The position numbers and the translations under genes are program-made. The notes under the pieces are model-generated. The model was not told the origin of the DNA. It saw only the letters and a program-made list of their open reading frames with translations, and ran no database searches. From an uncultured archaeon (GTDB taxonomy: Archaea; Iainarchaeota; Iainarchaeia; Iainarchaeales; 1-14-0-10-31-34): a stretch of 64,000 nucleotides of DNA. Shown here piece by piece: positions 10,801 to 20,540 of the stretch; within the stretch, counting starts at the first letter, position 1, and each line of letters opens with the position of its first letter. Location of the stretch: the NCBI GenBank assembly GCA_964608675.1, contig CAZSOZ010000001.1:300049-364048 (forward strand). The letters are read 5' to 3'.

Positions 10801-13800
10801 AACAAAATAATTTTTCAGACACAGCTAACAGCAGTGTTATTGAAGTTTCTCTGCCTTTTAATTTAAATCATTTAATTTATTCTGATGCAAATTTTATTCC
10901 AGTTAATTTAATTAAAAGTGACTCAAAAATTCCTGCAATTGAATCAGGGATTTCAAAAACAGGAAAAATTGATTCTAATTTCCTTGAACTTCAAATAAGA
11001 AGCGATTTAAATCTGAATGTGTTTGTTTCTCCTGCTGAAGTTCCTGCTTTCACTCAAACTGATTTAACTGTTGAAGTTTTGGATGAACAGGGAAACTCAA
11101 TTGAATTTGCTTCAGTTAAATTGAAGATTCAGGATTCTGTTTCAGGGCAAACTTTAAATTTAGGTCCTTTGGATACGGATTCTTTTGGCAAAGCAGTTTT
11201 TATTGGAAGCAATGCAGTTCCTGAATTGAATCCTAATTCCAGAATTGAAATCATAGTTGAAGCAGAAGACCTTGAACCAAAATCAAAAATAATTTTTGTA
11301 GGCAAACCCATTACTTTTGATTTTTCTCCAAAAACTTTTTTGATGGTGTTTTCTCCTTTGGATAATTCAATTCATTCAGTTGACTTGAATTTTTTTAGTT
11401 TATTGGATGAAGATTCTGATGTAAGGCAGGAAATAACGGGTTATTCTATTGAATTTGAATCTAATTCAGATTTTTTTGTTGAAAAATCTTTGTATGGGTA
11501 TCAAAGAGAGTTTGTTCCTGAAGGAATTTTAACTGAATTCAAGCTTTCTTTGGATACATCCAAAACAGAAAATTTGACTTCTACTCTGGCTGTTGATGCA
11601 AATCTTAATCTTACAATAAGAACAGGAAATTATTTTTTTATTGAATCAATTCCTTTTAAAGTTTTAATTAATCCGCTGTCTGATTACGTTAAAGCGCAAT
11701 TCAAAGGAAAAGACGTTAATTCAGATAATCCTGTTGTTGTTTCGTTGTTTTCTGATTCAATTTCTTCTGTCGGAGAATTTGATTTAGTCAGAAAAAATTC
11801 TTTGGCTGAACAAATTAAAATTAATGAAATTCAATTGGTGTTGTCTTCTGCTTTTGTTGATTTTCCGCAAACTGAATTCAGCTTGAATTCTCATCAAGAA
11901 AGGTTTATTTCTTCGGTTCCTTTGACGGTTGATTTTACTGTTTTTTTGAATGATTTAGCTGAATTTGTTGATGAAAAAACAATTGAAAACGCAGGAATTT
12001 TCTTTGAGTTTAATGCAGACAACAAAAAAGATTTTTTGATGGTGCCTTTAACAATTGAAATAATTCCTGAAAATGATGCGTTGAAAACTTTTCCTAAAAA
12101 CCTGAATTACAGTTTTTATTTAAGAGAGGATTCTCCTGAAACAATTTTTAGGACAGTCAATTTTAAAAGCGAGTCAAGCGATTTTCCAATTACTATTACT
12201 TCTGTTGGATTTGAATTGGATTCTGAGTTAGTTTCTCAAGGAGAAATTCAGGGAATGGATACTCCTTCTTTAATCAGGAATGAAGGAAGGGATGCAAATT
12301 TTTTCTTGTCTTTGACTGAAGCAGGAAAAGCTCTTCAAACCAGCAGAGTAATTGACGCAAACCTTTCAGTTTATTATGAAGTTAAAGGAAAAGAGTTAAA
12401 TGAAAAAATTCCTGTTAATATTTCAATTTTAACTGTTCCTGAAGACATTGAATCCCAGACTTTTGATTTAAAAGCGTGTATTGGAGAAGGCTCTCTGCAG
12501 GACTCTAAAGAAAACTTTGAAGTGGATTTTTGGATTGGATGCAATTTAAGTGAATTGTCTAATTCAGATTTAAGGGAATGTTATTCTGGTGCAGAAGAAA
12601 AACCAAAAATTCTTCTTGACTGGAAATTTAATTCTTTTTCTGTTAATTCTTTTGATTCTGAAGGCTCTTGTACAAAGAGTTCTGCTGAAGACAATTCTTA
12701 TGTTTACTGCGATGGAGCACAGTTTTCAATGGAATTAATTAACAGAATAATTGAATTCAAAAAAGAAAATTCTGAAGGAAATTTTTCTTTTAAAGCAGTG
12801 CTTATTTCAGATAATTTTTCTTTTGATTTTTTTGATGATTTTGATGAATGGGCAGTAAACAATGTTTTAACTGCAGGAACTCCTGCTTCTTACAATCAAA
12901 CAGAAGAAGAAGCTGATTATGGAATTGTAAGAAAGTATTTTCATCAAAACAGAATTGATGTTTTTGTTAACGGAGTACCGCAGACTGAAATTAATTCTCC
13001 GGGCTGGTATGATGTTTCAGTTAATGCTGGCGAAAAACTTGAATTGCATTTTAATTTAATTCAGTCGTCTTCTCAGCTTGAAAGAGAAAAAGATTATGTG
13101 TTTTATTATATTCCTTTTGATGGAGAAATCGGATTAAATAATTCTGTTTTTAACAGGCCTGATTATGGTTCAAGTTTTGATGTTGTTTCTTCTTCCGGAA
13201 ACTTTAAAGTAAATGAATCAGGTTTCAGTATTTTTTCTTCTCAGGAAATTTCCGGTTTTAGTTCTTTGTGGTTCAGGCAGATTAATGATTTTAGTTTAAT
13301 TAATTCAATTGAACCAAAAGGCACTTTATTGAAGTTAACTAAAAACGCAGAAGACAAAACAATTGATTTTTATCAGGGGTTTGCTACTCCTTTGGCTTTG
13401 AAGGCAGTTTTGTCTCAGACAGCAGACCCTGCTTTAATTTATTATTCTGTTTTAAATCAAAACCAGCAGGCCTTGAATCTTCAGTCTGATAACTTAATTG
13501 AATGGCAAGGATTAGGAAACCAGTGCATTGATTTTTCTGGAAATGAAATGCAAAACAAACTTTATTCTGATTTAAAAGCTGATTCTTCTGACCAGCCAAA
13601 CGTTGACTCAGACACTTCTTTTAAGTTAATGTGGCCAAGCGCTCTTCATACAGGCTCCAATTTTTATTTTGGTTTGGCGTTCACTCCTGTTAATTCAGAT
13701 TCTTATTATTTAAATATTGTGAATTATTCCGGAAACCCTTTTGAATTAATTAAATTGTATTCAAGGAATTCAGATGATGAAAGCAATCCTTCTGCTGAAA

Positions 13801-14027
13801 AAAACTTTATTGAATTGAATGGTTTGGAGGGAGTAAATTTTAATCATGCTCCGAATTCTTATTCTGATTCAATGCAGGATTTATTCAATTTAATTGAACA
13901 GGATTATGCCTGCATTACAAATCAAGCCAATACAACTTATGTTTTGTGGAATAAAGAAAAATTTTTGAATGAAATGAATTCAAGAATTAACAGTTTGAAT
14001 CCAGAGAATTTGTGTATTATTGAATAA
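7893..14027 (+). CDS. Giant (~2040 aa) membrane-anchored surface protein with tandem beta-sandwich (carboxypeptidase-regulatory/Ig-like) domains
   Basis: TAATG overlap with the upstream stop; charged N-tail; one TM (LLFLGLILLILVLLFSVFVV); repeated V.D..GNP...A.V / TD..G / PG.Y motifs; many N-x-S/T sequons. Confidence 0.8.
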   Translation: MDSLKEELNALKGLVKKKEKKPEQKEEKKPEKKTSAEKIEEQKSFDSKSIELQESKSPELQPLKENPEKIQKQNNFLDSKKFKQSSKFSEAESNSNPVLDFYYFFEDKYYAFLDKVNNFFPVYKVVDPIDRILPSFLLFLGLILLILVLLFSVFVVPFQAKAKLTVQVIKKDSGNPLSDFNVVVFVDGEKSVFITDENGRIVLTELDLNSGIKIQVKGVENYKDFEQIVLVEEEESFFTVELERKTEIDSGWNSKTVYFKDEYGDLVKSMLRISFECSGSNSGLKIKNESGLTARTSKGSLLIEFNDSCGDIFVSVESSNYEKIEGELLSGSSVYLSAKASPEGTIHIKVKYNGSLIDRKMKFALFNQNETEPIDGFSESSIYSGSKSFEFSPGTYFIKVFDANTSNPEYECPDSSSKELTEGNEIEFVVECFLAVPDDSISVNVFDKNSGNAVDSVIELRKKTDSGFEFVRVSRNVSSVNFSVSDENKYIVLVSSRNYLPYEGTDLLSKGDSLEVELIKASNQNSGKALISVLDADNNPSSGAKIYLRYSDGKLMDLRTPYSVSSGFNGEALIEGIKPGNYYAEAFTNTQKGFSAPAEIDANSVSNFTVSMEKSRGFVELKAFDLDSGDELENFTVEFFDSFSLRKLNESVFVFNPSTGIYAFDAGEYFAVVLKNGFYSTQTAVFSVSKNAKTYVNVMLREKEQDDNPVLIDFIGLKKNGQPVNSLDLGEEYSAEFNLTLKNDSDMFFFNFLIGTGKENLMQDDSLFISSVLTPFDDAVEVLKSTSFTGNFSVDFNENSTSGNAKAVLVSFNEFDKAELDAESFIVSAKIKLKDKILDADNLSLFYKALAVSDPEEPFYFLDPEDERDFSSLQARTYSNAKTQGINLCEENFCYSFLVESVSSDDSCKVIRHGSVSSLKINCPYNLISFLLNNKKDYDSVNFFVQNSSLEIPSVLLNAVEFNDYLIETKQNNFSDTANSSVIEVSLPFNLNHLIYSDANFIPVNLIKSDSKIPAIESGISKTGKIDSNFLELQIRSDLNLNVFVSPAEVPAFTQTDLTVEVLDEQGNSIEFASVKLKIQDSVSGQTLNLGPLDTDSFGKAVFIGSNAVPELNPNSRIEIIVEAEDLEPKSKIIFVGKPITFDFSPKTFLMVFSPLDNSIHSVDLNFFSLLDEDSDVRQEITGYSIEFESNSDFFVEKSLYGYQREFVPEGILTEFKLSLDTSKTENLTSTLAVDANLNLTIRTGNYFFIESIPFKVLINPLSDYVKAQFKGKDVNSDNPVVVSLFSDSISSVGEFDLVRKNSLAEQIKINEIQLVLSSAFVDFPQTEFSLNSHQERFISSVPLTVDFTVFLNDLAEFVDEKTIENAGIFFEFNADNKKDFLMVPLTIEIIPENDALKTFPKNLNYSFYLREDSPETIFRTVNFKSESSDFPITITSVGFELDSELVSQGEIQGMDTPSLIRNEGRDANFFLSLTEAGKALQTSRVIDANLSVYYEVKGKELNEKIPVNISILTVPEDIESQTFDLKACIGEGSLQDSKENFEVDFWIGCNLSELSNSDLRECYSGAEEKPKILLDWKFNSFSVNSFDSEGSCTKSSAEDNSYVYCDGAQFSMELINRIIEFKKENSEGNFSFKAVLISDNFSFDFFDDFDEWAVNNVLTAGTPASYNQTEEEADYGIVRKYFHQNRIDVFVNGVPQTEINSPGWYDVSVNAGEKLELHFNLIQSSSQLEREKDYVFYYIPFDGEIGLNNSVFNRPDYGSSFDVVSSSGNFKVNESGFSIFSSQEISGFSSLWFRQINDFSLINSIEPKGTLLKLTKNAEDKTIDFYQGFATPLALKAVLSQTADPALIYYSVLNQNQQALNLQSDNLIEWQGLGNQCIDFSGNEMQNKLYSDLKADSSDQPNVDSDTSFKLMWPSALHTGSNFYFGLAFTPVNSDSYYLNIVNYSGNPFELIKLYSRNSDDESNPSAEKNFIELNGLEGVNFNHAPNSYSDSMQDLFNLIEQDYACITNQANTTYVLWNKEKFLNEMNSRINSLNPENLCIIE

Positions 14028-15224
14028 TTAATTTAATTGAGAGTCAATTATTGAATTAATTTTTTCTGGGTCAAAACCTAATTTAATTAATTTTGTCTGG
14101 CCTTTTATGCCTGGACCTGAAGCTGAAGTTAAAATTAATCCGTATGTTTCAAGTTCGTTTATGTACTGCCTGTACCATCTTGAACTCACTATGGTTTCCT
14201 TTAAATTTAATGCTAATTGCTTGTATTTTTCGTATACTTCTCCTGAATAAAGAACTCCTTGTTCTTCTTTTCCTGTTATTTTTTTGATTCCTTTTGTACT
14301 CATAGACAAAACTGCTATTGCTTTTAAAACCAACTGTTGTTGTTCAGGCAAAGTGGAAACCATATTAAAAATTATGTCTTCTTCTACTTTCTTTTTTGCT
14401 TTTTGTACTTCCAAATCAGTTACTTTTTTTTTGCTGTCTTTTTCTGCTATTTCTCCTGCTCTCATTAACAGCATTACTGCTGTTCTTGCGTCCCCTGATT
14501 CCTGTGCAGCAATTGCTGATGCAAGGTTTACTGCAGATTCTGCTACTGCTTCAGGAAAGAAAGCTAATTCAACTCTTGCATTAAGTATTGCTCTTAATTC
14601 TTCTGCGTTGTATGGCGGAAAAACCATTTCTTTTTCGCATAAAGAGCTTTTTGTTCTTGCATCAAGTTTTTCTTTGAATATTAAATTATTTGATATTCCT
14701 ATAATTGAGATTCCTCCTTTTTCTATTTCGTCGTTGCTTCTGCTTAAAGAATACACTAATTCATCTACGTCTTTTACTTTGTCTATTTCATCTAAAATCA
14801 GTATTATTTGGCTTCCTTTACTGCAGTATTCAATTAATTTTTCTTGAATGAATCCTGCTGAATAACCAATAAAATTGTCTTTTGGATAAAATTTTTTTAC
14901 TGCTTTAATTAAAACCTTGTATTTTGAGTTATGGTTTCTGCAGTTAATGTAATTGCATGAAACTTTTGCCTGATTTTTTTCTGCAAATTCTTCTAATTGT
15001 TTTATTACGTGCAAGGTTACAGTTGTTTTTCCTGTTCCTACTTTTCCATATAAAAATAAGTTGTCGGGTTTTTTTGATTTCAATGACGGAGCAAGAATTT
15101 TTGTTATTTCTTCTATTTGTTTTTCTCTGAAAGGAAGTTCTTTTGGAAAATAATGCTGGCTGATTGCATCCCTGTCTTTGAAAATGGTTTCCCTGTTTAA
15201 TTCTTTTTCAAATAAATTTGGCAT
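14028..15224 (-). CDS. cdc6: Cdc6/Orc1 replication initiator
   Basis: IFKDRDAIS..Y.P..LPFRE, Walker A GKVGTGKT, Walker B LDEID, FPPYNAEEL, GDAR, C-terminal winged helix. Confidence 0.95.
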   Translation of the reverse strand: MPNLFEKELNRETIFKDRDAISQHYFPKELPFREKQIEEITKILAPSLKSKKPDNLFLYGKVGTGKTTVTLHVIKQLEEFAEKNQAKVSCNYINCRNHNSKYKVLIKAVKKFYPKDNFIGYSAGFIQEKLIEYCSKGSQIILILDEIDKVKDVDELVYSLSRSNDEIEKGGISIIGISNNLIFKEKLDARTKSSLCEKEMVFPPYNAEELRAILNARVELAFFPEAVAESAVNLASAIAAQESGDARTAVMLLMRAGEIAEKDSKKKVTDLEVQKAKKKVEEDIIFNMVSTLPEQQQLVLKAIAVLSMSTKGIKKITGKEEQGVLYSGEVYEKYKQLALNLKETIVSSRWYRQYINELETYGLILTSASGPGIKGQTKLIKLGFDPEKINSIIDSQLN

Positions 15225-15334
15225 CAATAACTTTTTAATTTAAAAATGAATTTAAACTCAACTCCTTTTTTTTCACATTCTTTTTAAAATATGTTCTTTT
15301 CAGGTAATATTGTAGAATTTCGTTTTTTTTAGGG

Positions 15335-15700
15335 GTGATATTTTTGGGTTTCATGGATAAAATGTTCAAGAAACAAGAAGATTCTGTTGATATTGAAGAA
15401 TTTTTAAATAATTTGGATGTAGAAGAAGAAACAATGGTGGAAGAAGCAGATGCTTATGTTAAACCTGTTTCTCTTACAGGAGACGAAGACACTGTTATGG
15501 TAACAGATGAATTAAAGAAAGGAAACATTGTTCTTCTTAACATAGGCGATTTATCAAAAAGAAATGCAATTAAATTAAGGGAATTAGTTGGAAGAATCAA
15601 AGGAGTCGCAGACGAAATTAACGGAGACATTGCAAGAATTTCTACTGAAAGAATTCTGGTTACTCCTTCAAAAGTTAAAATTATTAAGAGAAAAGAGTAA
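15335..15700 (+). CDS. sepF: Cell division protein SepF (archaeal type)
   Basis: ELKKGNIVLLNI...GDIARI...ILVTPSKVKI pattern; true start probably TTG 15344 after the GGGGTGA SD. Confidence 0.85.
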   Translation: MIFLGFMDKMFKKQEDSVDIEEFLNNLDVEEETMVEEADAYVKPVSLTGDEDTVMVTDELKKGNIVLLNIGDLSKRNAIKLRELVGRIKGVADEINGDIARISTERILVTPSKVKIIKRKE

Positions 15701-15709
15701 TCTTTTATT

Positions 15710-16477
15710 ATGAAGTTAAAAGAAAATTCTTTTCCTTTGTCTTTTTCTTTAGATAATGCAACTTCTTTTATTAAATCTGTTTTAGAAGAAAAAGACTGGC
15801 ATGAATTTGAAGTAATTGAAGTCAAAATAGTTTTTTTTCCTTATTATTTTTTTTCTTATGAAGCCTTTTTTGAATCCGAAAAACACGGAAAAAAAATTGT
15901 TTCTGAAACAGCAAATGGAAAGCTTGCTTTGAATGGAATTACAGGGCAATTAGATGACTCTGTTTCTTTTCCTTCTTCAGATGAATTAGTTCAGGAAATA
16001 GATGAACTTCCTGAAAACATTCCTTTTCAGGAGGAATCTTTTGAATTAAATGAAAAAATCGAGGAAATCCTTAAAATTAAAACTGCAGGGCATTTAAAGA
16101 CAGCAAAAGAAACTGTTGTAATTCATTCAATTAAAAAAGTTTTGTATCCTGTCTGGGTAATTGATTTTTCTGTTGAAGAACAAATTTATCAGTTTATGGT
16201 TTCAGGAACAGATGGAAGCATTATTTCAGAAGAAGAAATTCCTGAAAGACAACAAGGTTTTTGGGAAATTACTTCAGAAACGCTTGCTGAATTAAAGTCT
16301 CCTTCTTCTTGGATTAATTATACTACTTCAATTGTTTCTGATTCAGCAAATTTTATTTCTAAAACCACTTTTTCTGGCAGTTTAATTTACGGTTTTCTGC
16401 ATAACTGGAAATATCAGACGTTTATTTTATTGATAATTTTAATTTTGGTGGTTCTCTGGACTTATGGAATCATTTAG
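15710..16477 (+). CDS. Hypothetical protein with C-terminal TM anchor
   Basis: Internal repeat of FFPYY / LYPVW...G..G motifs; hydrophobic C-terminus; follows sepF. Confidence 0.7.
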   Translation: MKLKENSFPLSFSLDNATSFIKSVLEEKDWHEFEVIEVKIVFFPYYFFSYEAFFESEKHGKKIVSETANGKLALNGITGQLDDSVSFPSSDELVQEIDELPENIPFQEESFELNEKIEEILKIKTAGHLKTAKETVVIHSIKKVLYPVWVIDFSVEEQIYQFMVSGTDGSIISEEEIPERQQGFWEITSETLAELKSPSSWINYTTSIVSDSANFISKTTFSGSLIYGFLHNWKYQTFILLIILILVVLWTYGII

Positions 16478-16887
16478 TTTTTTTTGGGTTTTTCCAGAAA
16501 ATCAAAATGATAATTTAATGCTTTTTCTGTTTTATATAAAACGCTTTTTCCAGGACTGCCTTTAAATATATTGAAAGTAATTCTTTTTCCTGTAAACTTA
16601 TTTTTTAATGTTAAAGCATTCCCTGATTTTTTTGGTGTTTTAACAGCATAAAATCCAAGTTTTTGAAATAACCCTGTTATTTGTTTGCAGTCCATTTTTT
16701 TTATTTCTTCAAAAACCATTTTTCTGTGAGTCCTTGGAATTGTTTTGTGTTTTCTTAAAAGCATTTCAAATTTTGTTTGAAAACCAGTATTTTTTTTGAA
16801 TCTTCTTATTTTTCCTCTGCAGACATATTCCTGTAAAGGATTGATTTTTCTTTTTGGTTTTTTTAATTTTTTAATTGGTTTAGGCAT
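16474..16887 (-). CDS. Basic protein with C-terminal HicA-like domain
   Basis: MPKPIKKLKKPKRK leader; MDCKQITGLFQKLGF...SGNALTLKN...GKRITF resembles the HicA fold, but the GSH His is absent. Confidence 0.55.
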   Translation of the reverse strand: MPKPIKKLKKPKRKINPLQEYVCRGKIRRFKKNTGFQTKFEMLLRKHKTIPRTHRKMVFEEIKKMDCKQITGLFQKLGFYAVKTPKKSGNALTLKNKFTGKRITFNIFKGSPGKSVLYKTEKALNYHFDFLEKPKKN

Positions 16888-16916
16888 AATTAATTCAGTA
16901 TTTGTTTTTTGTTTTA

Positions 16917-17085
16917 TTATAAACAATTATAAACATTTTTTAAGAACCCTGGAATGTCTTTAGAATTGAAGGAAAAGTCTATTGCAATTCCTTTAAGGTT
17001 AATTAATTTGTTTCCATTAAATTTGTAGCCTAAAGCAAGTAATTCTGTTTTCCTTTTTTTTTAAAGGCTTGTTTCTTTTCGGCAT
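16917..17085 (-). pseudogene. Frameshifted short ORF (MPKRNKPLKK..), possible degenerate paralog of the adjacent HicA-like gene
   Basis: Removing one A from the A9 tract gives MPKRNKPLKKRKTELLALGYKFNGNKLINLKGIAIDFSFNSKDIPGFLKNVYNCL*. Confidence 0.35.
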
Positions 17086-17111
17086 CACAAAACTAATCCA
17101 AAACAGTTTTT

Positions 17112-20100
17112 TTAAAGGTATTCGTGTAATGACTTTTGTTCTATTTTGTCGTTTTTGAATACAGAGGAAATTTCTTTTTCTGCTAAATCAATTCTTTGTT
17201 TTAAGTAATCGCTTAATTCATATTCATTAATTATTTCTTTTGCAATTTTAAGGTATTTTTTAACTGAACCTTCTGCTATAGTTAAAATCAAGTTTCCTGA
17301 ACATTTAGTGCATTTTCCTATTAAGGGAACCCTTCTGTATTTTGTATTACATGAAGTGCACCGAAAATTTTGTCTTGAAAAAGCTCGTGTATTTCCAATT
17401 ATGTCAGGAAAAAAATGAGACAGCATAACTCTTTCTAAGGCATCTTTTTCTTCAACTGCCTTGATTTTGTGCTGTAATTTTGCCTGCCTTTTTATTTTTT
17501 CTTCCATTGTTTTTAGTTTAACGTACATTGATTGTTTGGGTCCTTGGTCAAATAAATCAGTGTTGTGAGTAAACATTAAATCCGAGTACTGGTTTGTTTT
17601 TCCAAGCCTTCTTTTTACTACTTCTACTTCCTTTAAGTTTGGTTCACTGTATTCTAAAGTTTTGTAATAAAATTCTAAAGGGTATTTTGGGATTATTTCC
17701 ATTTCATATACTTCGTTGTCTATTTCTGCTGGATTAAGCATTGTAGTAAAAACTAAAGGAGCATCCATTCGTCCTCCTCTTGAACTTGGAAGATAGTGCT
17801 CTGAAAAGTTAAGCAGTGCATCCATTAACAATATAATTGAATCCTGGTCTCCGTCTGCATTTCTTCTTTTGCAGGTAATAAAATACGGGTGCCCCCAGCC
17901 TACTCTTGCTTTGCTGTAGCCTATAATTCTGCCGATTATTCCTGCAGATGTATGGGGAGCCAAGCCAATAACCAGTTCTCCAATTAATTCTTCTTTTTGT
18001 GTTTTATTATAATATGGTTTTATTTCGTAAAATCTTTCAAGTAATTCATCAATAAAATTTGTTGTTTTTATCAGCCAGTCTCCTGCGCCTTCATTTACTA
18101 TTATGTCTTGAGGAAAAATTTCAATAATTTGTTCTTCTGATGTTATTTCTTTTCCATAAATGTCTTTTATGTACCCTAATTCTTTTGTTTTTTTTGTATT
18201 TAACCCTATTTCTTTGGGTTTAAAATGTGTTATTGGCGCATTAAGCAGTTCAAATCTTGTTGTTCCGTCTCTGAAAACATGTATTCCGTGTTTTGCTCTT
18301 AAAATTGCTTTTTCTATTGGTTCTGGTTCTTTTAAGTCTGAAATCAGTCCTTTTACTCCTTTAATTAATTCAGGCATTCTTACATTAATTTTTTGGAGTC
18401 CGTTGTAAACAGTTTCTTCCAAGTCAATTTCTCTTTCTTCTGCTTTAATCATTTTTCCTCTGCATTGTTTGCATTCCACTGCATCTTTTTTTCCTATCCA
18501 TCCGCATTTAATGCATTTGCTTATTCTTATTGTTTCAATTAAACATTTGCTGCATTTAGAAAAAGGAATTATTTTTGTGCATTTAGGGCATCTGAATAAA
18601 GCTAATTCTGTTTTAAGTTTTTTGTTTTTTGAATTAAGCAGTTCAATTGCTTTATTTATGCTTCTCGTGTTTCCCCCAAAGTTTCCTATTGGAAATAATC
18701 CATGCGGGTTTCCTTTCATTTCTCTTGGTTTTGCTTGTTCAGGTCTTCCCATTCTTGCTCCAACAAAGCTTGCTCCTTTGTCTTTTATTTCTATTCCTGA
18801 ATAATATTTCAATAAATCAAAAACGTTTTTTTCTTCTGTTTCTTCTATTTCTTTTGTGCTTAATGCTCCTAAAGTTTTAAGAAAAGAATATGCAAACTCT
18901 TCTTCAATCAGAATTTTTTCTTCTTTTATTTTGTGGGGCAAGCCAATTTTTTCCATTAATTCTTTTATGTTTTCTTTTAATTCAAATTTTGCTCCTGTTA
19001 TTTTGTCTTCTTTGAATATTTTTTCTGCTTTTCTTGCTTCTTTCATTAATTTAATTATTTCTTCTGAATTTAATGCACTGTAATAATGAGTATATTTTGG
19101 ATGCAGGGGAACTTCCAACTGCATGCTTAATTCAACTGCAGTGAATCCGTTCATTTCTTTTATTTCAGGTATTGTTTCTTCGGTTTTTTTTTCTTTTAAG
19201 GCTTTTTTTAATTCCAGTTCATACCATTCTTCCACAAAAGAACTTGGAATTAAAGGATGAGAGCTTTTTCTGAAGTCCCCTAAGCTTACTAAAATGTCTC
19301 CTAAAAAAAGTATTTTTTCTATTTGAGGCTTTATTTTTTTTGCTTCTTCTTCTGAATCCAATCTCATTACATTTCTGTTTTTGAGTTTTACTATGGGGCC
19401 GTCAATTGTTGTGCAGGGAAACAATTGTGCAGCTTTTCCTGGTCTTTCAATTCTTATATGAGTGCCTACTGCAATAAAATCATCTAATACAATCATTGTT
19501 GCAGGATTAATTCCTTTTCCCATTATTCCTGTGTTTCTTCCTCTTCCATACCTTAATCTGAATCCTCCGTATTTTGTTGGATAAGCAAGCAAAGGTCTTC
19601 CTGCTGCTATGCTGTCTAAATACTTGTAATTTGGTTTTATTTCTGTTTTTGATTCACTTATTTTTTTTACTTTGATTATTTTTTCCAGCCAGCTCCAGTC
19701 TAACTCCATTTTTTTTGCCCAGTCCATTATTTTCATTGCTTTTAATGCAACTCCTTCTGTTATAACCAATCCCATTCCGCCTCTTATTCTATTGGAGGGA
19801 ACTCTTTCTAAGTCTCTGTGCACTGAAACTTCTTTTTTTTCTGTGGGAACACCGTTAATGCATACAGGGCATCCTCTTACTATTGTTCTTATTTCGTTTT
19901 CTGAAATCTTGTACTGCCTTGAAAAAATTTCTGTTTGATAAATTGTGATTTCTTCAACATATCTTTCTATTTCTTCTTCTGTTGCCTTATATTTATCTAA
20001 TTCCATTAACTTTCTTGCATAATCTCCTAAAATTAATGGAAGAACTGTTGAACTTCCTCCTGCTGCTCTTATTGGGCCAGCAAAATAAATGTCTATGTAT

Positions 20101-20540
20101 TTGCTTCCATCAGGGTTTTTGTTTATTTTTATTTCAGGGACTCCGTCTAATGGAGCAACTACAACTCCTTCGGTTTCAATTACAAGGCAGGTTTTTATGG
20201 CTTGTTCAACTCTTTTTGATTCATCAGGGATATCGCACCATTTTTCTTCTATTATTTCTCTGCATAAAGTGAACATTATTTTAAGTCTGTCGCCTTTCGT
20301 TTCCTTGAATAATTCCCTGTATCTTTTTGCAACTCCTTTTGGTCCAATAATGTTTTCTGTTCTTTCAGCTAAATCTGCAACCGGAACACATTCAACTTTT
20401 TCGTTTAAATCCAGTTTTTTTTCTCTTGCTTTTTTTGCAATTTCATATTGTTTTTTTACTTTTGTTTCAAGTTTTTCAAAATAGTTTTTAATTTCAGGAA
20501 TTGATTTAATTTCTATTTTTTCATTCATTTGCTTGTTCAC
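17112..20540 (-). CDS. polC: DNA polymerase D large subunit DP2
   Basis: TEGVVVAP, FAGPIRAAGG, GGFRLRYGR, RRNADGDQD catalytic motif, RGGRMDAPL, C-terminal Zn fingers; no intein. Confidence 0.97.
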   Translation of the reverse strand: MNKQMNEKIEIKSIPEIKNYFEKLETKVKKQYEIAKKAREKKLDLNEKVECVPVADLAERTENIIGPKGVAKRYRELFKETKGDRLKIMFTLCREIIEEKWCDIPDESKRVEQAIKTCLVIETEGVVVAPLDGVPEIKINKNPDGSKYIDIYFAGPIRAAGGSSTVLPLILGDYARKLMELDKYKATEEEIERYVEEITIYQTEIFSRQYKISENEIRTIVRGCPVCINGVPTEKKEVSVHRDLERVPSNRIRGGMGLVITEGVALKAMKIMDWAKKMELDWSWLEKIIKVKKISESKTEIKPNYKYLDSIAAGRPLLAYPTKYGGFRLRYGRGRNTGIMGKGINPATMIVLDDFIAVGTHIRIERPGKAAQLFPCTTIDGPIVKLKNRNVMRLDSEEEAKKIKPQIEKILFLGDILVSLGDFRKSSHPLIPSSFVEEWYELELKKALKEKKTEETIPEIKEMNGFTAVELSMQLEVPLHPKYTHYYSALNSEEIIKLMKEARKAEKIFKEDKITGAKFELKENIKELMEKIGLPHKIKEEKILIEEEFAYSFLKTLGALSTKEIEETEEKNVFDLLKYYSGIEIKDKGASFVGARMGRPEQAKPREMKGNPHGLFPIGNFGGNTRSINKAIELLNSKNKKLKTELALFRCPKCTKIIPFSKCSKCLIETIRISKCIKCGWIGKKDAVECKQCRGKMIKAEEREIDLEETVYNGLQKINVRMPELIKGVKGLISDLKEPEPIEKAILRAKHGIHVFRDGTTRFELLNAPITHFKPKEIGLNTKKTKELGYIKDIYGKEITSEEQIIEIFPQDIIVNEGAGDWLIKTTNFIDELLERFYEIKPYYNKTQKEELIGELVIGLAPHTSAGIIGRIIGYSKARVGWGHPYFITCKRRNADGDQDSIILLMDALLNFSEHYLPSSRGGRMDAPLVFTTMLNPAEIDNEVYEMEIIPKYPLEFYYKTLEYSEPNLKEVEVVKRRLGKTNQYSDLMFTHNTDLFDQGPKQSMYVKLKTMEEKIKRQAKLQHKIKAVEEKDALERVMLSHFFPDIIGNTRAFSRQNFRCTSCNTKYRRVPLIGKCTKCSGNLILTIAEGSVKKYLKIAKEIINEYELSDYLKQRIDLAEKEISSVFKNDKIEQKSLHEYL

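Noticed and set aside
15225-15334. Replication origin beside cdc6
   Set aside because: Gap is only ~110 bp, no ORB-like repeats or G-strings seen, and no visible skew switch
17040-17085. Programmed -1 frameshift at T TTA AAA
   Set aside because: The -1 frame stops after a few codons; only a +1 correction restores a longer frame
17112-20540. Inteins in DP2, aIF5B or Cdc6
   Set aside because: Lengths are normal and no intein splice motifs or inserts are evident
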